Sequence record: KJ019095.1
DNA length: 64,000 nucleotides
Strand: one strand, 5' to 3'
The notes beneath the pieces are model-generated. The model searched no databases. It worked only from the letters and a program-made list of their open reading frames with translations, and had not been told where the DNA came from. The stretch's first letter is position 1. Every line of letters begins with the position of its first letter. A program made the position numbers and the translations under genes. This document shows, one piece after another, positions 20,953 through 30,400 of the stretch.

Positions 20953-21516
20953 ATGAACCTAATGTCCGCTCTGGTAGGACTTAGTGTTATGGGGGCTGCG
21001 GCTCCCTCAATAACACAAATGTCCATCGCACCATTCGAAGCTCAAAAGAGAGCACAAAACCTTGGAGTCGCTGAAACTGCTGCTGTAGTATTCGCCGCTA
21101 CTTACGAAGGTAAGCTCGAACTCCCAGAAGATACAGACACCTGTGTATCAAAGTTACGTGAAGGTACTGCAAACGCTTTTAGCGTTACCTGTACTGAAGG
21201 TGATGGTAAGTATGTCCAAAGTGTCACTCGTGCCTTCCGTCTAGCTGTACCTGATTCAGAACTAGATGGTGGTAATGGAACTGATACAAGCAGAGAGTTT
21301 GCATTTGAAACTCCTACTCGTTTCTCAGGACACCAATGTCCAATTCACGACAGATGGGGAACTAATGGATACAACGATAGAAATTACTCTGCCTTAGGTG
21401 GAGCTTGTATTCCTAACGATGGTTGGAATCAAACTAATTATCAGTTCTCTAATCCAGACGCTTGGCTTTATGACATCAACAACCGTAATGGTTGGGGAGC
21501 ACATCCTGACTACTAA
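20953..21516 (+). CDS. Putative minor-pilin-like / pilus-associated secreted protein
   Basis: Pilin-like N-terminal hydrophobic helix (MNLMSALVGLSVMGAAAPSI) and four Cys; starts 6 bp after the pilin stop. Confidence 0.55.
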   Translation: MNLMSALVGLSVMGAAAPSITQMSIAPFEAQKRAQNLGVAETAAVVFAATYEGKLELPEDTDTCVSKLREGTANAFSVTCTEGDGKYVQSVTRAFRLAVPDSELDGGNGTDTSREFAFETPTRFSGHQCPIHDRWGTNGYNDRNYSALGGACIPNDGWNQTNYQFSNPDAWLYDINNRNGWGAHPDY

Positions 21517-21698
21517 TGATTGAGTTACTCGCATCTAGCATTATCATTTACGGTAATGCCAACGGGGTGTGGTCTCCCTCACATCCCGATATTTATCCTT
21601 ATTCAGAACCACCTACACGAGTAGAAAAACCTGAAACTCCAAAAACATCTACGACTAGCGGAAATGGAGATATCATTTTCCCTCAACTATTAGAATAA
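21516..21698 (+). CDS. Small secreted-like hypothetical protein
   Basis: TAATG overlap; hydrophobic N-terminus and P/T-rich tail; terminator GGAGGG-CAA-CCCTCC-T-run follows at about 21721-21742. Confidence 0.6.
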   Translation: MIELLASSIIIYGNANGVWSPSHPDIYPYSEPPTRVEKPETPKTSTTSGNGDIIFPQLLE

Positions 21699-21757
21699 CT
21701 AAAACTAGGAAACACACACAGGAGGGCAACCCTCCTTTTTTTGTGCTATAATTACTA

Positions 21758-22057
21758 GTGAGTTGTGAGACTACTATGGATGAAAGAATAAGAACTTTAT
21801 ATGTCTTTCAGTCAGAAGAGCGTCTTATAACTCATGACGGGCATGTTCAACTAGGTTGTCACAACATGACTATGGAAGAGTTTATGTCTTTCGATAGGGA
21901 GAATATCCGATACATCGAAACCTACTGGTTGCCTGATGTATTTGGAAATAGGTATAAGCGTTCTAACTTCCAAGCACACCAGAGGGTATCTGGGGAGAAG
22001 GGTGTATTAGAACTATCCAATAACCAACCAGAAAACAGACTTGATAGGTCTGTATAA
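21758..22057 (+). CDS. Hypothetical protein
   Basis: ORF after TGCTATAAT promoter; YIETYWLPDVFGNRYKR. Confidence 0.65.
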   Translation: MSCETTMDERIRTLYVFQSEERLITHDGHVQLGCHNMTMEEFMSFDRENIRYIETYWLPDVFGNRYKRSNFQAHQRVSGEKGVLELSNNQPENRLDRSV

Positions 22058-22085
22058 GGCACCTATATACACAAAAAGGATTCCT

Positions 22086-22295
22086 ATGGGACCTATAATT
22101 GTATTTGCTTGTTTTCTACCTATAGTTGCTATATTCATTGTAATAAAACTAGCTGTTTGGGTAGAAGCTGTTAACTCCGAAACAAACTATGTCAGAGAAG
22201 AACCTTCAAGACAACGAGGACCTTGGGTGGAAAACCCATATGAGGATATTGATGTTGAGGAAGAGGAGTATGGAGATCGCACAGACTATCGATGA
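22086..22295 (+). CDS. Hypothetical membrane protein
   Basis: MGPIIVFACFLPIVAIFIVIKLAVWV TM segment with acidic tail; start at 22086 preferred over the track's 22041. Confidence 0.65.
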   Translation: MGPIIVFACFLPIVAIFIVIKLAVWVEAVNSETNYVREEPSRQRGPWVENPYEDIDVEEEEYGDRTDYR

Positions 22296-22422
22296 AGCGA
22301 TTAACGACTATTATTCGCTTCATGGACTCCCTGTTCCCGATTGGAAACTGAAAAAGAATCCAGACTGGTGGATTGAATACTTACTTTCTCTTGGATTAAC
22401 TGATAACAATGAACCCCTTTAA
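22270..22422 (+). CDS. Small hypothetical protein
   Basis: MEIAQTIDEAINDYYSLHGLPVPDWK...PDWWIEYL; the start is approximate. Confidence 0.55.
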   Translation: MEIAQTIDEAINDYYSLHGLPVPDWKLKKNPDWWIEYLLSLGLTDNNEPL

Positions 22423-22579
22423 GATACTCGGACCTTTCCTGAACCTATTGGTGGTGTATAGTCTATGGTATTCTGACTTATACAGTAGGAATCGATACTA
22501 CGCATATGGTATTGTACTACTACACATTCTCGTACTGGCATCAATTCCAACCATACCCGCAATTCTATATTGGTATTAA
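22409..22579 (+). CDS. Small two-TM membrane protein (56 aa, not in ORF track)
   Basis: MNPFKILGPFLNLLVVYSLW...GIVLLHILVLASIPTIPAILYWY; ends 2 bp before talC. Confidence 0.55.
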   Translation: MNPFKILGPFLNLLVVYSLWYSDLYSRNRYYAYGIVLLHILVLASIPTIPAILYWY

Positions 22580-22581
22580 TT

Positions 22582-23232
22582 ATGAAGATCTTTTTAGACA
22601 CCGCTGACCTGAATGAAATCAAAGAGGCATCATCCACTGGTTTGATTGATGGGGTGACTACCAACCCAACACTCATTCTAAGAAGTGGAAACACTCTGTA
22701 CTCCACTGCAAAACTATTACAACTAGAATACCCCACATTTGAGAGTATCTCCACTGAGGTGGTTGCAGATACCGCAGAGGAGATGGTAGAACAGGCACGT
22801 CAGTACCTTGATATTGGACCTGCAATCACTGTTAAGGTTCCTTGTACTGTAGAGGGTCTTAAGGCGTGTAGAACACTCTCAGAGGAGGGTGTGAAGACCA
22901 ATGTGACCCTTGTGTTCTCTGTATCCCAGGCTATCCTGGCAGCTAAGTCAGGAGCCACCTACGTGTCTCCCTTTGTTGGTAGGGTGAATGATAACTCCTT
23001 CAGTGGAGTTGCACTTATCCAAGCTATCTCAGAGACCTTCTCCCTACACAGGGTGAAGACAGAGGTATTGGCAGCTTCAGTTCGTGAAGCAAACCAAGTA
23101 GGACGTTGTTTTGCAGCTGGTGCTGACATTTGTACCATCCCAACCAAAGTATTCTGGAAGATGTACGAGCACATTCTCACAGAGAAAGGTTTAGAACTCT
23201 TCCAAAAGGACTGGGAGAACTCAGTACGATAA
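22582..23232 (+). CDS. talC: Transaldolase (phage TalC / FSA family)
   Basis: MKIFLDTAD, GVTTNPTL, VKVPCTVEGL, NVTLVFS, YVSPFVGR, LAASVR. Confidence 0.97.
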   Translation: MKIFLDTADLNEIKEASSTGLIDGVTTNPTLILRSGNTLYSTAKLLQLEYPTFESISTEVVADTAEEMVEQARQYLDIGPAITVKVPCTVEGLKACRTLSEEGVKTNVTLVFSVSQAILAAKSGATYVSPFVGRVNDNSFSGVALIQAISETFSLHRVKTEVLAASVREANQVGRCFAAGADICTIPTKVFWKMYEHILTEKGLELFQKDWENSVR

Positions 23233-23295
23233 AGTGTGAATATCCACACTTTAAGTATTATATAAATATTAAAGAATACATATTTCTTTGCATAA

Positions 23296-23502
23296 ATGAA
23301 ACGTCCAGCCTTTTATTTGGTTGCGAGTGTTGTTATTGTTCAGATGTTAATGGCGGCGGGGGTATTATTTGGTTGTTTTGCACGACCGGATCCCCGTTGT
23401 ACCGGAGATAAAGCATCTGATTTACTGAATAATATTATTGTACAAACTTTCGCACTCTATGCGGCTGAGAAAGTTTCCCATAAAGATGATAAACAAGTAT
23501 AG
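23296..23502 (+). CDS. Small late membrane protein
   Basis: TAAATA at 23263; hydrophobic N-terminal helix, CxxxxxxxC, second amphipathic helix. Confidence 0.65.
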   Translation: MKRPAFYLVASVVIVQMLMAAGVLFGCFARPDPRCTGDKASDLLNNIIVQTFALYAAEKVSHKDDKQV

Positions 23503-23541
23503 TGTGGTAGAATAGGGGAGAACACCTCCACCTATTTTTTT

Positions 23542-24030
23542 ATGCCTATCAATAAAGAGTATTATGATAAATGGTATGGGATATGGAGTTCCCAATCAGA
23601 AGATGTATTGGAAGTTACTGCCTTAGTTAGAGCTATTGAATGTACTAATGGGTGTATTCAGTGGGCGTTTAGGGACGATGATGAAAGGTCACTACCCATT
23701 GAGAAGACCAGAGAGGCTATGAAACTCTCCATGGGTGTGATGAAGAATAAGGTTTTACCATTCCCTGATGGTGGGAAGTTTGTTATCCCAGAGGATGTAG
23801 TTCCCCTCATGGATAAGTCCAGAGATATTTACATTAGAGGATTCAAACAAGGTGATGAGGATGCCTACCAAGAGTTTATGGCACTATCCAAGTCACACTT
23901 TGTTGTAATGGGTAGAGAGAGGATGGATAGAAACTTCCAGAAGGTGAAGGATCATTTCATAGATGTGTTTAGTGACTACTGGATTGAGATGGGTAGGGGA
24001 TATGTTTATGCCCTTGGGGAGTATGTATAA
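23542..24030 (+). CDS. Hypothetical protein
   Basis: 162-aa ORF with phage-like codon usage; no recognisable motif. Confidence 0.75.
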   Translation: MPINKEYYDKWYGIWSSQSEDVLEVTALVRAIECTNGCIQWAFRDDDERSLPIEKTREAMKLSMGVMKNKVLPFPDGGKFVIPEDVVPLMDKSRDIYIRGFKQGDEDAYQEFMALSKSHFVVMGRERMDRNFQKVKDHFIDVFSDYWIEMGRGYVYALGEYV

Positions 24031-24054
24031 ATATCTGGTATCGCTTCTCCTCCA

Positions 24055-24246
24055 ATGGACGAAAATAGTGCATCACGTATTTTAGATTCAGCAGGAAAAG
24101 GTGGGCATGTTAATCCTACCGCCCTGGCTGTTACCATACGTGCCGCAGTGAAGGAATGTCTAGACCATAATGGTATGGTTAGTATGTCATCCCTCTACGA
24201 ACTCAGTTGTCAGTTGGAAAAGAAGGGAAAAGAGTGGTATGATTAG
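24055..24246 (+). CDS. Hypothetical protein
   Basis: ORF in a run of small co-directional genes. Confidence 0.6.
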   Translation: MDENSASRILDSAGKGGHVNPTALAVTIRAAVKECLDHNGMVSMSSLYELSCQLEKKGKEWYD

Positions 24247-24266
24247 TAAACTTATTTGGTGATGTC

Positions 24267-24467
24267 ATGAGTGAAAAACTTTGGGTGAAGATGGCGGAAG
24301 TATTCTACAATAAGGATGCCGAGACCGCAGAGCGAATGGGAGTTGAGAACTTCTTCAATAAAGCAGCATCTAGAATGATTGCAGTTGTTGCTGAGAGTAT
24401 TGATGGGGAGGAGAGACTATACCTAGAAGAGCAATCCAAAATAGCAGAGGCTGAACAACGAGTATGA
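24267..24467 (+). CDS. Hypothetical protein
   Basis: ATGA overlap with the next ORF. Confidence 0.6.
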   Translation: MSEKLWVKMAEVFYNKDAETAERMGVENFFNKAASRMIAVVAESIDGEERLYLEEQSKIAEAEQRV

Positions 24468-24691
24468 ACACTTACTATGTGATAGTATACACACTAGTAT
24501 TCTTTGTTGGTGTGTGTATTATTGAACCCAACCTACTCAAGTGGATAGAACTCCAGTTTAAGTGGGCAGGTATAAACGTCAGAAGAGCTATACTTATAGT
24601 TCAATTTCATCCACGTAACTTTGTTACCAACTGGATAATTCGTAGGAAGTTTCAGAAGATTATCAGAGAACATAGTCAACCTAAAGAGTAG
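24464..24691 (+). CDS. Hypothetical membrane protein
   Basis: N-terminal TM segment and basic C-terminus. Confidence 0.65.
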   Translation: MNTYYVIVYTLVFFVGVCIIEPNLLKWIELQFKWAGINVRRAILIVQFHPRNFVTNWIIRRKFQKIIREHSQPKE

Positions 24692-24699
24692 GAGTTAGT

Positions 24700-24876
24700 T
24701 GTGATTGAGACTTTGGCATTTGTTTTCCTTTCATGCCAAGATGCACGTCAGGTTGCAGATCGTGCAATGAATACTGAGAGTATTACCAAAGAAGTAGCCA
24801 TAGAAGTTATTATTGAACTTGATATAGCTTCTGGCGGCAAATGTAACTTACCTGGAATAACTGATGGGCATGTTTG
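24700..24876 (+). CDS. Small hypothetical protein (GTG start, not in ORF track)
   Basis: AGGAG RBS, then VIETLAFVFLSCQDARQVA...GGKCNLPGITDGHV. Confidence 0.5.
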
Positions 24877-25253
24877 ATACTATAAGATGCTCCTATGATA
24901 TTGGAGAACTAACTGATGTAGAATGTCAGTCTAAGAATATAGATGATTGGGGAGGCACTATGTCTTTCTATTGGGTAGATCCTAATGGGAGGTTGTGGTC
25001 TCCCAGTTATGCTGGAACCTATGACTTTGTTCCTGAAGAAGGACCCTTCCCCGAGCTCGGAAAGGGGAAGCTTAGTCATGTACAATATTTGGGTACTACA
25101 CCTAATGGAACTCATGGGAAGTATCAGTTCGTATCTATGACAAGATGTATAGAGATATATGATACAAAAACACATGCAGATGGGTATGTAGAGTTTGTGA
25201 CATGTTATTTGTCATTCTACCAAGGACTACTGAGAGATTACTTTTATAAATAA
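24864..25253 (+). CDS. Hypothetical phage protein
   Basis: MGMFDTIRCSY...QSK...YWVDPNGRLW. Confidence 0.7.
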   Translation: MGMFDTIRCSYDIGELTDVECQSKNIDDWGGTMSFYWVDPNGRLWSPSYAGTYDFVPEEGPFPELGKGKLSHVQYLGTTPNGTHGKYQFVSMTRCIEIYDTKTHADGYVEFVTCYLSFYQGLLRDYFYK

Positions 25254-25278
25254 GTCCATATAGAGTTGTTTTTAACCA

Positions 25279-26775
25279 ATGGATCTCCAATCATATATCC
25301 AACTTAAAGAGGCGTACACCAACGTCCACTCCCCAAAGGTAGAAGTCACTAGAGAAGAAGTTGATGCTTTCATTGATGCTCTACTGGAAGAAGGATACGA
25401 TCTAAGTGAGTTCACTTGGGAGGAAGTCCGTGATGCTTACCTAGAAGAGGGTGTTGCTAATAATCCTCGTTGGGGAGTTATTGGTCAAGGTGCAAGACTT
25501 CTTCAGAAAGGTTTTGGTAACAAACAACAGGGAGATGCTGCTAGGGATTATGAGACATCTGTAAATAATATTAATAGTCGTAGAAATCAAAATTCTAGTA
25601 CATCAACCGCAACTGCTAACGAGATTGCAGCAGAAACCAAAGGTAGGAAAGCTCAGACAGGTGGTGGATCTAGTTCTAGTGGATCTAGTTCTAGTGGATC
25701 TGGTGGATCAAGTCTCTCTGATTCTGTTGCTAGAAAACAGAAAGAGGCTGATGCCAAACGCGCAAGACAAAGGGAGACTGGTGGAACTGGAGCCACCGAC
25801 AATAAGCCCGCTGGTGGTTCCGGTGGTTCTGGTGGATCCGGTGGTTCTGGTGGATCCGGTGGTTCTGGTGGTTCTGGTGGATCCGGTGGCGGCAGTAATA
25901 GACCAGTAGCAAAGGCTAAGCCAGTACAGACAGCACAACAGAAGGCAGACTCTTCTACTAACGCACAGTATGACAAGTTGAGGAAGTCTGATCCAGCTGC
26001 CGCTAAGAAGTTTGGTATGGCTGCATCACAGAAGAAGTTTGGTAATCAACTAAAGCCAAAGACTCCAAATCCATTGATGAGGGGTATGAATACTGCTTCT
26101 ACTAAGCCAGCAACTACTCCCAAACCAGCAACTACTCCTAAGCCAACAACTCCAGTAGCAGACTCATCTCCTGTTAGGGCAATGAGTAAGACTACCCCCA
26201 CACCAGCTGCCTCCAAGCCAAAGGCAACACCTATCAAGTCAAGTCGCCTAAACAAGGCACTATCCAGTGTTGGTGAAGCAGTGGAATTTGATTCCTTTGA
26301 TATCATCCTAGAATACCTAGTTGATTCTGGTTTCCCACAACAGGAAGCTCTCGTCATCATGGCGGAAATGCCTGAAGAGAAACGCGAAGAGATTCTCGAA
26401 GCTATGAAGCATCGTGACGCCAAGACTGGTGAAGTCACAGACAAGCCTGAAATTGGCAAGACATACTACCCCCATGGTGAGCGTCAGAAGTCTTCTGTAG
26501 CTCTTCGCAAAGAGAAGGAGAGGGCAGATGCTAAAAAGAAATCAGTGAAGGAGGATAGAGCTTCCCTCGCAGATGCCTATCGGGCAGTTTATTCTGAGGA
26601 AGCTTCCGATACTAAAAAGGATAAGCACCTAGAGCGTGGTGGTCACTCTGCTAAGACTGACTATAGTAAGCCACCTTCTACTGGTAACACCTTCGGTAAG
26701 AAGCCATCTATGAGTGAGGAAGATCGTAGTGAGGCTATGGCTAAGATTGTTGCTAGAATGAAAGGTAAGAAATAA
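25279..26775 (+). CDS. Late low-complexity protein (likely virion-associated)
   Basis: TAAATA upstream; acidic helical modules (FIDALLEEGYDLSEFTWEE; FDIILEYLVDSGF) separated by GS-rich and P/T/K-rich linkers. Confidence 0.8.
   Translation: MDLQSYIQLKEAYTNVHSPKVEVTREEVDAFIDALLEEGYDLSEFTWEEVRDAYLEEGVANNPRWGVIGQGARLLQKGFGNKQQGDAARDYETSVNNINSRRNQNSSTSTATANEIAAETKGRKAQTGGGSSSSGSSSSGSGGSSLSDSVARKQKEADAKRARQRETGGTGATDNKPAGGSGGSGGSGGSGGSGGSGGSGGSGGGSNRPVAKAKPVQTAQQKADSSTNAQYDKLRKSDPAAAKKFGMAASQKKFGNQLKPKTPNPLMRGMNTASTKPATTPKPATTPKPTTPVADSSPVRAMSKTTPTPAASKPKATPIKSSRLNKALSSVGEAVEFDSFDIILEYLVDSGFPQQEALVIMAEMPEEKREEILEAMKHRDAKTGEVTDKPEIGKTYYPHGERQKSSVALRKEKERADAKKKSVKEDRASLADAYRAVYSEEASDTKKDKHLERGGHSAKTDYSKPPSTGNTFGKKPSMSEEDRSEAMAKIVARMKGKK
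25813..25893 (+). repeat. 9-bp coding tandem repeat (GGS)n
   Basis: GGTGGTTCT/GGTGGATCC units, about 8 copies; an 18-bp KPATTP repeat occurs about three times near 26104-26157. Confidence 0.9.
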
Positions 26776-26853
26776 TAGTGTTATAATAACCCCATAGGTC
26801 CATTCCCATGGGGTTTTTTGTTATGAATACATAAAACTAGATGGACTTACTCC

Positions 26854-27228
26854 ATGAATACATATGGTTCTCCCGAAGGTTATCTCTTTAATCTTCATAC
26901 CTGCTCAGCATCAGAAGCGAAGCGAATGTGGAAAGAATCTATAAAGAATGATTGGAAACATAAATGTGCTTATTGTGGATCGGAACATGAAATTACTTTA
27001 GATCATATAGTACCCAAAGCAAAAGGGGGTACTAGTCATACAACCAATGTCGTAGCTTGTTGTCGTTCTTGTAACGGGAGTAAGGCATATGAGGATTGGA
27101 TTATCTGGTATATTCAACAGCCATTCTTCACTGAAGAGAGGAGGGAGGCTATTGAAAAGTGGATGGAGAAGGGCCTCCTCAACAATAACTTAGTTGCATA
27201 TCCACCCAGAAGAAATGTCGTTTATTGA
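26854..27228 (+). CDS. HNH endonuclease (McrA/HNH_5-like)
   Basis: CAYCG...TLDHIVPKAKGG...NVVACCRSCNGSK. Confidence 0.92.
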   Translation: MNTYGSPEGYLFNLHTCSASEAKRMWKESIKNDWKHKCAYCGSEHEITLDHIVPKAKGGTSHTTNVVACCRSCNGSKAYEDWIIWYIQQPFFTEERREAIEKWMEKGLLNNNLVAYPPRRNVVY

Positions 27229-27234
27229 GTCTTT

Positions 27235-27363
27235 ATGGATTCCTATCACCCGTCTAGGGCAGATCAAGAACTAGAACTAGAACAGCAAGAACTAAAAACA
27301 ATCATAGGAGGATCTATACTATCCTTCTTCACTGTACTTATACCTTTTATTATACTTCTCTAA
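27235..27363 (+). CDS. Small membrane peptide (42 aa, not in ORF track)
   Basis: MDSYHPSRADQELELEQQELKTIIGGSILSFFTVLIPFIILL. Confidence 0.55.
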   Translation: MDSYHPSRADQELELEQQELKTIIGGSILSFFTVLIPFIILL

Positions 27364-27444
27364 AACCTTTCAGTTCAGGCGATATAAATAAACCTAAGAA
27401 GAGTATATGCGTTCTTCGTCGGATAGCCTGAATCGACAAAAGAG

Positions 27445-30400
27445 ATGATCTCAACAGCGACTAAGATTAAATTTAAAAGGTCTGGTGTAGCCGGACGTAG
27501 ACCCTCCTTAGCTGATCTTCAGTTAGGTGAATTGGGGATCAATTATAACGATGGTAAACTATTTTTCCGACAGGAAAATGAAGTAGTTGGCTCTCGTATC
27601 ATTGAACCTGGACAGGGTGATGTAATCGGTAAGACTATTTTCGTATCCACAAAGGGTAACGATAACAATAGTGGTCTTAACGAAAGGGATGCCAAGAGAA
27701 CTGTTAAAGCGGCCGCCGCAGTAGCAGAACCTGGTGACTCCATCAAACTGTATCCAGGTCAGTACATCGAAGATAACCCTATCGTATTTAAGGATAGGGT
27801 ATCTGTAGAGGGTATGGAGCTTCGTAACGTTCTCGTTACTCCAGCCAACCCCAGTAAAGACTTGTATCAAGTTGGTGAGGCGTTCCACGCTACCAACCAT
27901 TCCTTTGTGTCCAATAGGGATTCAACAGATGGTGCCTCTATTATCACCTATCGTCCTCTAGAGGGAACTGCGTCTGACAGGTATTTTGACGCGGCTAGAC
28001 TCATCAGGGACAATCTTAGCTTCATTGCTAACGAGACAGTAGGTTTCCTAACCAGTGGATATTCAGGCTTTGCCGCTGGTCAGAGATCACAGGACGCTGC
28101 TCGTGCTCTAGAACTAAACAAGAACTTCATAGTAGAAGAAGCATTTCAATATATCAACTCTCCTGATTATACAGGAGCCACATACTTCAACCCAGACCCA
28201 GCACAGTGTAAGAGAGACCTAGGAAATATCATTGATGGTTGGAGATATGATCTCATCTCTGATGGTAACACCAGATCTACTGGTCTTGGTCTAACCTACT
28301 ACGCACCTATTCCCTTTGTGAATAGTGCTAATGTTGCTGACCTTGTATACAACAGAAATAACGGTGATGTTCTAATTGAAACCGACGTAGATACACAGGT
28401 TTCAGTTGGTGAGAAGATCAAACTACAGGATATCAGACTAGAGTGTGGTTCCTACAATAACGACTTCTTTATCACTGGTTTCAAGTATGATAACACCAGT
28501 GGTATTGGAACAGTTAATCTACCCTTTATCCATAACGTCAAGGTTGGAGACCTTGTTAAGTTTGATGGTTTAGAGTTTGATTGTCCTGCCTATGGTGCCA
28601 TTGAATATGGTATCCAAGACTTCAAGTATAATGAAACTACTGGTGGAAGTGTTGTCACACTCACCGAAGATCACGATCTAAAGATTGGTGACACCATTGA
28701 ACTAAGAGACCTTCAGTTCGATTGTCCCGCCTATGGTGGTGACTTCACTAACATCATCAACCTAGAATACAATAAGACCAGTGGTCAGGGTGTTATCACA
28801 TATGACAAACCCGCCGATCTCAAGTCTGGTGACGTTGTTATCCTCTATGACCTCACACTAACTTGTGATGCTTATGGTAACGCTATCTCAGTTACTGATT
28901 TCTCTTATGATAACTTCACTGGTATCACTGAAGTAGAAGTAAATAGACCCCACAACCTCCGTCCCGGAGACCTAATCAAACTAGAGAACCTTAAGTTCTC
29001 TTGTGATTCCTACCTTAATGAAACATACAAGGTCTCTAACTTTGTATATAATGAGAGCACTGGTGATAGTGTCCTCACCCTAACTGAACCACATAGTTTA
29101 GTTGCTGGTAAGAACGTCAGACTTGCTGACCTAGTTTTCTCCTGTAACTCCTATGTTCCAACCGCTAAAGCAATCTCTGATTTCCAGTATGATGAAGTAG
29201 TTGGTATCTCTACTATTACTCTAGCATCTCCACACAACTTATCAGTTGGTGAGCAGTTCAGACTAGAGGACCTAGTATTCTCCTGTAACTCATACTCCTT
29301 CACTGATATTCCTATCATTGATGCACCATATGATAATGTAACTGGTTATGTAACCCTATCGTTCTCTGGTGACCACGGACAACAGGTTGGTGAGAGAGTA
29401 AGACTCAGAGATATTGAGTACTCCTGCCCTGGTGGTTCAGGTATCACTACAACCTTGTTCCCCGATGGAACCTTTGGTTATGAGTTTGAAATCCTAAGTG
29501 TTCCAAACACTAAGAAGATGATTCTTAATGTTGGCACCTCCACTATTGAACACTCCTATGTGAGTGGTGGTACTGCTACCGTTGGTATTACAACTACTAT
29601 CTTCCCTGATGGAACACAAGGTTTCGACTTCAATGTATCCAGTGTTAATAGTTCCACTGTTATCGAAGCAAGTGTTGGTATTTCTACCATCGCTCACAAC
29701 TATGTTTCTGGTGGATCATTATTCGTTGGTTTCACTACCACAGTATTCCCCGATGGAACACAAGGTGATACCTTCAGAGTTAATTCTATTCCTTCTAGCA
29801 CTCAAATCAGTGTTAATGTTGGTGTATCTTCTATCGCCCATACTTTCGTATCCGGTGGTACAGCAACTGACCTAGACTCTTTCATCCCTGTATCTGGTTT
29901 CACCTACAATGAAGGTGACGGAACTGGACTAGTATCCCTAGACAAGGCACACAACCTAGTGGTTGGTGACTCTTTTGTTCTAGAGGATCTTAAGTTCAAC
30001 TGTAACTCCTACAGAACAGGTGGTACTTCTACTATTGATATCACTAACTTTGAGTATGATAAGGTAACCGGACTATCTACAGTCACACTATCTTCTTCAC
30101 ACAACCTACATGTTAATGATACCGTAGCACTATATGATATCAAGTTCTCTTGTCCTGGTGGTTCAGGTATTACAACTAATATCTTCCCCGATGGAACCAG
30201 AGACAACTTCTATGATGTAGTTGCTGACCTAAACCCCAACCAGATTATTGTTCGGGTTGGTAAGTCTGACATTACTCACACATATGCTAGTGGTGGTAGT
30301 CTATCCGTTGGTATCACTACTAACATCTTCCCTGATGGAACTAGACCTTCTGGTGACTTCTTCCAGGTTATCTCTGTCCCTTCTACCAAGTCTGTTCTAA

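Noticed and set aside
25813-26160. Short tandem repeats as a CRISPR or origin array
   Set aside because: They are in-frame coding repeats of 9 and 18 bp without unique spacers. The Cas4-like exonuclease at 60890 is a standard phage gene.
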